From the NCBI GenBank assembly GCA_021324675.1, contig JAJPIR010000146.1:6298-70297 (forward strand): a DNA stretch of 64,000 nucleotides, given 5' to 3'. The notes under the pieces were generated by a model. The model was not told where the DNA came from, searched no databases, and saw only the letters and a program-made list of their open reading frames with translations. This document shows positions 59,653 to 64,000 of this stretch, one piece after another. The stretch comes from Actinomycetota bacterium. GTDB taxonomy: Bacteria > Actinomycetota > Actinomycetes > Mycobacteriales > Pseudonocardiaceae. Made by a program: the position numbers and the translations under genes. How positions within the stretch are numbered: the first letter of the stretch is position 1; each line of letters begins with the position of its first letter.

Positions 59653-60231
59653 ATGGCGACCATGGACTCCTGCACGCAGTGCGATTTCCGCTACGACGAG
59701 TTGAGGGTAGACGAGGTTCCCGACACGCTCCGTTTACTTGGCAGCGCCTACCGGGCAAGGTTGGTGCCCGGTGTCCACGATGAGGGGCAGGAGCGCGTCC
59801 TGCGCAGGCGTCCGGAACCGCTGGTCTGGTCCGCGCTGGAGTACGCCTGCCACTTCCGTGACGTTGTGCTAGCTCAGCGGGAGCGGCTCTACCTGGCCTT
59901 GGCCGAAGATACCCCGCGTTTCGCGTCCATCTACCGCGATCGACGTGTTGTATTCGCCCGCTATAGCGACGACCGCATCGAGGATGTGGCCTCCGAAGTG
60001 GGCATGGCAGCGGGGCTGCTCGCCAGAGCCTTCGCAAGGCTTGACGACAGTCAGTGGCAACGGCAATGCATCTACGGCTACCCGGCACCGATGCAACGAT
60101 CGATTGCCTGGCTTGCCCGGCACACCGTGCACGAAGGCCGTCATCACCTGCAGGACATCGACGCCGGGATCAGTGCGGCCCGATCCGCCCTTAGCGGCGG
60201 CGCAGCCACGCAACCGCACCGGTGGCGGTAA
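59653..60231 (+). CDS. DinB-like (DinB_2) four-helix-bundle metal-binding protein
   Basis: WSALEYACHFRDV ... LARHTVHEGRHHLQD (His triad pattern). ATG at 59653, in frame within the longer track ORF. The N-terminal CxxC (CTQCD) is noted. Confidence 0.65.
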   Translation: MATMDSCTQCDFRYDELRVDEVPDTLRLLGSAYRARLVPGVHDEGQERVLRRRPEPLVWSALEYACHFRDVVLAQRERLYLALAEDTPRFASIYRDRRVVFARYSDDRIEDVASEVGMAAGLLARAFARLDDSQWQRQCIYGYPAPMQRSIAWLARHTVHEGRHHLQDIDAGISAARSALSGGAATQPHRWR

Positions 60232-61198
60232 CAGCCACCGCAGCTGCGGCGGACACAAGCCGCGCGTGGTGAGACATCCACAACTGCGGAGCATGGCGGT
60301 GGGCTCGGTCGTCGAACTCCCCGTGCGCCCCGTAGTCGTGCCCGTCCGGACCATCCAGTGGATCCCACAGGTTGTGCGGTCGGTCCGGACCGACTCTGTC
60401 CGCGGTTTGCTGAGATTGGTACCCGGTCTTGGCCAGGTAGCGGTCTAGTAGCGCTGGGGCGATTTTCTGCCCGAGCAGGGTGCTCACCGTGCTCGCACCC
60501 ACCCAGTACTGCTTGCGCTGGGGGTGCTCGGCGGCAAACACCACGCCGCGGGCGGCCACCTCAGGCTGGTAGATCGGCGGCACCGGTTGCGGGTGACGCG
60601 GAAGCCGGGACAGCACCCAGGAAAACTGCGGGGTATTGACGGCGGGCATCTGCACCACCGTGATGTGAATGTTGCTGCCGTCATGCAGGAGTTCGGTGCG
60701 CAGTGACTCAGTGAAACCATTGATTGCGTGTTTCGCGCCGCAGTACGCAGACTGCAACGGGATGCTGCGCTGGCTTAATGCGGATCCCACCTGCACGATC
60801 GTGCCCCGGTCTCGGGTGCGCATTCGGGACAGCGCGGCCATCGTCCCATGGACAAACCCCAGGTAGCTGACCTCGGTCACCCGGCGAAACTCCTCGGGCT
60901 TGATCTCGTGAAACGGCGCGAACACGGAGGTGAACGCCACATTGATCCAGACATCGATTGGTCCCAGATCGTTTTCGATCTGCGTGGCTGCGGCCTCGAC
61001 CTGCTGGTAGTCAGCGACATCGGTCGGGATCGCCAGCGCCGTACCTCCCGCGTTCTCCACGTCCTTGGCCGCGGCGTCCAATCCTGCGCGTCCTCGGGCC
61101 AGCAGGGCGACTTGCGCGCCCCGGGCTCCGTACAGCCGAGCTGTGGCGCGACCTATCCCCGCGCTGGCACCCGTGATCACCACAACTTGCCTGGCCAT
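60191..61198 (-). CDS. Short-chain dehydrogenase/reductase with a C-terminal extension
   Basis: VITGASAGIGRA and YCGAKHA (YxxxK). 335 aa with a C-terminal hydrophobic segment. Confidence 0.85.
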   Translation of the reverse strand: MARQVVVITGASAGIGRATARLYGARGAQVALLARGRAGLDAAAKDVENAGGTALAIPTDVADYQQVEAAATQIENDLGPIDVWINVAFTSVFAPFHEIKPEEFRRVTEVSYLGFVHGTMAALSRMRTRDRGTIVQVGSALSQRSIPLQSAYCGAKHAINGFTESLRTELLHDGSNIHITVVQMPAVNTPQFSWVLSRLPRHPQPVPPIYQPEVAARGVVFAAEHPQRKQYWVGASTVSTLLGQKIAPALLDRYLAKTGYQSQQTADRVGPDRPHNLWDPLDGPDGHDYGAHGEFDDRAHRHAPQLWMSHHARLVSAAAAVAVTATGAVAWLRRR

Positions 61199-61315
61199 AC
61201 CAACCTCAGCTTCCTGCCGCCAGTACTTCGCCTCCCTCTGGATTCCCCGAGGCAGCCAGCCGTAACATGCGCCAAGCCAGGAATAGTGCTGGGTCGTTAC
61301 AGCACCGTTTGTCCA

Positions 61316-64000
61316 TCATGCGGCGCGTCGCGCCATAGCCCGCAAGACGTAAGGCAGGATGCCGCCGTTGCGGTAGTACTCGGCCTCGCCAGGGGTGTCG
61401 ATGCGTAGCACGGCATCAAACTCCACCGGATCGGCCCCCTCACGGATTGCGGTGATATGCACGGTCTCCGGGATGGAGCCGTCGTTGAGTGCTGTGACGC
61501 CGGAGATGTCGAATGTTTCCGTGCCATCCAGGCCCAGCGACGATGCTGACTCGCCAGAAGGGAACTGCAGCGGCAGCACACCCATCCCGATGAGATTGGA
61601 GCGGTGGATGCGCTCGAAGGACTCAGCGAGCACCGCGCGCACCCCAAGTAGCCGCGTGCCCTTGGCTGCCCAGTCTCGTGACGAGCCTGAGCCGTATTCC
61701 TTACCGCCCACCACCAGCAGTGGAATGCCCTCCTTTGCATAGCGTTGAGCGGCGTCATAAATAGGCACCGGCTCGGAACCCGGGGACGCCGTAAAATCGC
61801 GGGTATAACCGCCACTGACATTGTTCAGCAAGAGATTCCGCAACCGTATGTTGGCGAAGGTGCCACGGATCATCACCTCATGATTGCCCCGGCGAGACCC
61901 GTAAGAGTTGAAGTCCCTACGCTCAACTCCCCGTTCGGCGAGGTACTGACCTGCCGGAGAGTCCGCCTTGATTGATCCCGCAGGGGAGATGTGGTCAGTG
62001 GTCACCGAATCCCCGAGCAGCGCCAGCACGCGCGCGCCGCGGATATCGACTACCGGCTGCGGCTCGACTGTCATCCCTTCGAAATACGGGGGTTTACGTA
62101 CATACGTCGAATCCGGATCCCAAGTAAAGACGTCCCCTTCAGGTGTTGGTAAGGATTGCCAGCGCGGACCGCCCGCGAAAACGTCAGCGTAGTCCTTGGC
62201 GAACATTTCCTGGCTGATCGTCGACTCGATCACCTTCTGAATCTCCTCTGGTGCGGGCCAGATATCAGCCAGATAGATCGGCTTACCGTTGGGATCGAAT
62301 CCAAGCGGATCGTTTTCAAAATCGAAGTCCATCGTTCCGGCCAGCGCGTAGGCGATCACTAACGGCGGGGATGCCAGGTAGTTCATTGCGGTATCCGGGT
62401 TGATGCGGCCCTCAAAGTTGCGGTTGCCGGACAGCACGCTGACCACCACCAGGTCGGTGTCGTGGACGGCAGCCGAAATCTCTTCCGGCAGCGGACCCGA
62501 GTTGCCGATGCAGGTTGTGCAGCCGTAGCCGATCAGGTGGAAGCCGAGTTTTTCCAGCGATGGCCACAGCCCGGCCTTCTCGTAGTAATCAGTGACCACC
62601 TGGGAGCCAGGCGCAAGCGACGTCTTCACCCATGGCTTGACGGTCAAGCCGGCCTCAACCGCATTGCGGGCCAGCAGCGCTGCCCCAATCATCACCGAGG
62701 GATTGGACGTGTTGGTACACGAGGTGATCGCGGCGATGACCACCGCACCGTGGTCGATTTCGAAGCCGTCACCGCAGGCCAATCGCACGAAAGTGGGACG
62801 GCTCGGACGGCCGAAGGCGCCGGCCACGGCAGAGATCGTAGTGCGCGGTTGCCCAGCACCATCGCCGCTGCTCACCGCAGGAGCGTCACTAGCAGGAAAG
62901 GACTCGATACCAGCCTCGTCTACTCCAGCGTCGTCTGCCGGGGAAGCGGCAGCGGCAGCGTAACCAACCAGTGCTTGGCGAAATGCCGCCATGGCATCCG
63001 ACAGTGCGATCCGGTCCTGCGGGCGCTTGGGCCCCGCGATGGAGGGCACCACGGTGGACAGGTCTAGTTCGAGATACTCAGAGTAAACAGCTTCCCGGTC
63101 CGGGTCGTGCCAGAGATCTTGCTCCTTGGCGTAAGCCTCGATCAGGGCAAGCTGCTCGGCCGGGCGACCCGTGAGCCGCAGGTAGCGCATCGTCTCCTCG
63201 TCGATGGGGAAGATCGCGCAGGTCGAGCCGAACTCGGGGCTCATATTCCCGATGGTGGCGCGGTTGGCCAGCGGCACCGCCGCGACGCCTACGCCGTAGA
63301 ACTCGACGAACTTTCCCACCACGCCGTGCCGGCGCAGCATCTCTGTCAGGGTGAGCACGACATCGGTAGCGGTTGCCCCAGGGGGGATGGATCCGGTGAG
63401 CTTGCAACCCACGACCTGCGGGATGAGCATCGGCAGCGGCTGGCCGAGCATGGCGGCCTCTGCCTCGATGCCGCCCACGCCCCACCCGAGCACGCCGAGG
63501 CCATTCACCATCGTCGTGTGGCTGTCGGTGCCCACCACGGTGTCCGGGTAAGCCAACCCATCACGGGACATCACGACCCGAGCCAGATGCTCGATGTTGA
63601 CCTGGTGCACGATCCCGGTCCCCGGTGGGACCACCCTGAACTCGTCGAAGGCACGCTGACCCCAGCGCAAGAACTGGTAGCGCTCCTGATTTCGCTGATA
63701 CTCCAGGTCAACATTGCGCTCAAAGGCGTCCGGACGGCCGAACACATCCGCGATCACGGAGTGATCAATCACAAGCTCGGCTGGTGCTAGTGGATTGACC
63801 GCCCGCGCGTCGCCACCCAAGACCGTGATCGCCTCGCGCATCGTGGCGAGATCTACCAAGCAGGGCACACCCGTGAAGTCCTGCATGATCACCCGGGCGG
63901 GCGTGAACTGGATCTCGGTAGCCCGCGCCACTTGTGCATCCCAATTGGCCAGCGCCACGACGTGCTCGGCACGGACTTGCGCACGGGCAGCGTCGGATTC
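61316..64000 (-). CDS. acn: Aconitate hydratase A (N-terminus lies beyond the window end)
   Basis: Near-collinear identity with my recollection of M. tuberculosis Acn: [79 protein letters not shown] and [12 protein letters not shown]. About 60 N-terminal residues are missing, so the M at 63958 is internal. Confidence 0.95.
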   Translation of the reverse strand, partial: ESDAARAQVRAEHVVALANWDAQVARATEIQFTPARVIMQDFTGVPCLVDLATMREAITVLGGDARAVNPLAPAELVIDHSVIADVFGRPDAFERNVDLEYQRNQERYQFLRWGQRAFDEFRVVPPGTGIVHQVNIEHLARVVMSRDGLAYPDTVVGTDSHTTMVNGLGVLGWGVGGIEAEAAMLGQPLPMLIPQVVGCKLTGSIPPGATATDVVLTLTEMLRRHGVVGKFVEFYGVGVAAVPLANRATIGNMSPEFGSTCAIFPIDEETMRYLRLTGRPAEQLALIEAYAKEQDLWHDPDREAVYSEYLELDLSTVVPSIAGPKRPQDRIALSDAMAAFRQALVGYAAAAASPADDAGVDEAGIESFPASDAPAVSSGDGAGQPRTTISAVAGAFGRPSRPTFVRLACGDGFEIDHGAVVIAAITSCTNTSNPSVMIGAALLARNAVEAGLTVKPWVKTSLAPGSQVVTDYYEKAGLWPSLEKLGFHLIGYGCTTCIGNSGPLPEEISAAVHDTDLVVVSVLSGNRNFEGRINPDTAMNYLASPPLVIAYALAGTMDFDFENDPLGFDPNGKPIYLADIWPAPEEIQKVIESTISQEMFAKDYADVFAGGPRWQSLPTPEGDVFTWDPDSTYVRKPPYFEGMTVEPQPVVDIRGARVLALLGDSVTTDHISPAGSIKADSPAGQYLAERGVERRDFNSYGSRRGNHEVMIRGTFANIRLRNLLLNNVSGGYTRDFTASPGSEPVPIYDAAQRYAKEGIPLLVVGGKEYGSGSSRDWAAKGTRLLGVRAVLAESFERIHRSNLIGMGVLPLQFPSGESASSLGLDGTETFDISGVTALNDGSIPETVHITAIREGADPVEFDAVLRIDTPGEAEYYRNGGILPYVLRAMARRAA

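Overview
High-GC actinobacterial chromosomal segment. It looks Mycobacterium-like because many proteins resemble M. tuberculosis proteins and keep the same local gene order: ldtB next to tRNA-Lys, orn next to tRNA-His, iniA-iniC, fbiC, csoR-ctpV, an Rv1473-like ABC-F gene followed by an Rv1473A-like HTH gene with acn further on, and egtABCD. Most of the window is densely packed housekeeping and accessory genes. These include a copper-resistance operon, an ECF-type Co/Ni importer, ergothioneine biosynthesis, FO synthase, a dynamin-like GTPase pair with an IniR-like regulator, a SoxR unit and aconitase (truncated at the window end). The most unusual locus is at the left end, 559..8814 on the minus strand. 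It reads: a 55-codon small ORF with a perfect Shine-Dalgarno, coupled by a GTGA overlap to a 1095-aa zinc-ribbon / class III nucleotidyl cyclase / STAND-ATPase / TPR protein. 31 nt further on is a family-1-like (Linocin_M18-type) encapsulin shell gene. That gene is translationally coupled to a DUF3237 beta-barrel protein and to a 986-aa fusion of an FAD-dependent oxidoreductase with a polyprenyl diphosphate synthase. None of the classical family-1 cargo types (DyP peroxidase, ferritin-like, hemerythrin) is present and I could not see a canonical C-terminal targeting peptide, so this is a candidate isoprenoid-associated nanocompartment of an uncharacterised type. The cluster lies next to a gene-poor, decaying stretch that ends at a frameshifted tyrosine integrase abutting tRNA-Lys, so it may have arrived on an integrative element. 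Other points worth a second look: a 64-nt palindromic repeat present twice, a 30-bp perfect hairpin, tandem CHRD paralogs with a duplicated leader, an eRF1-like GGQ protein beside an ABC-F gene, a SoxR-controlled SDR/QueA-like pair, and a P-type ATPase relic after egtD where egtE would be expected. All functional calls come from reading motifs and remembered family similarity. No database search was run.
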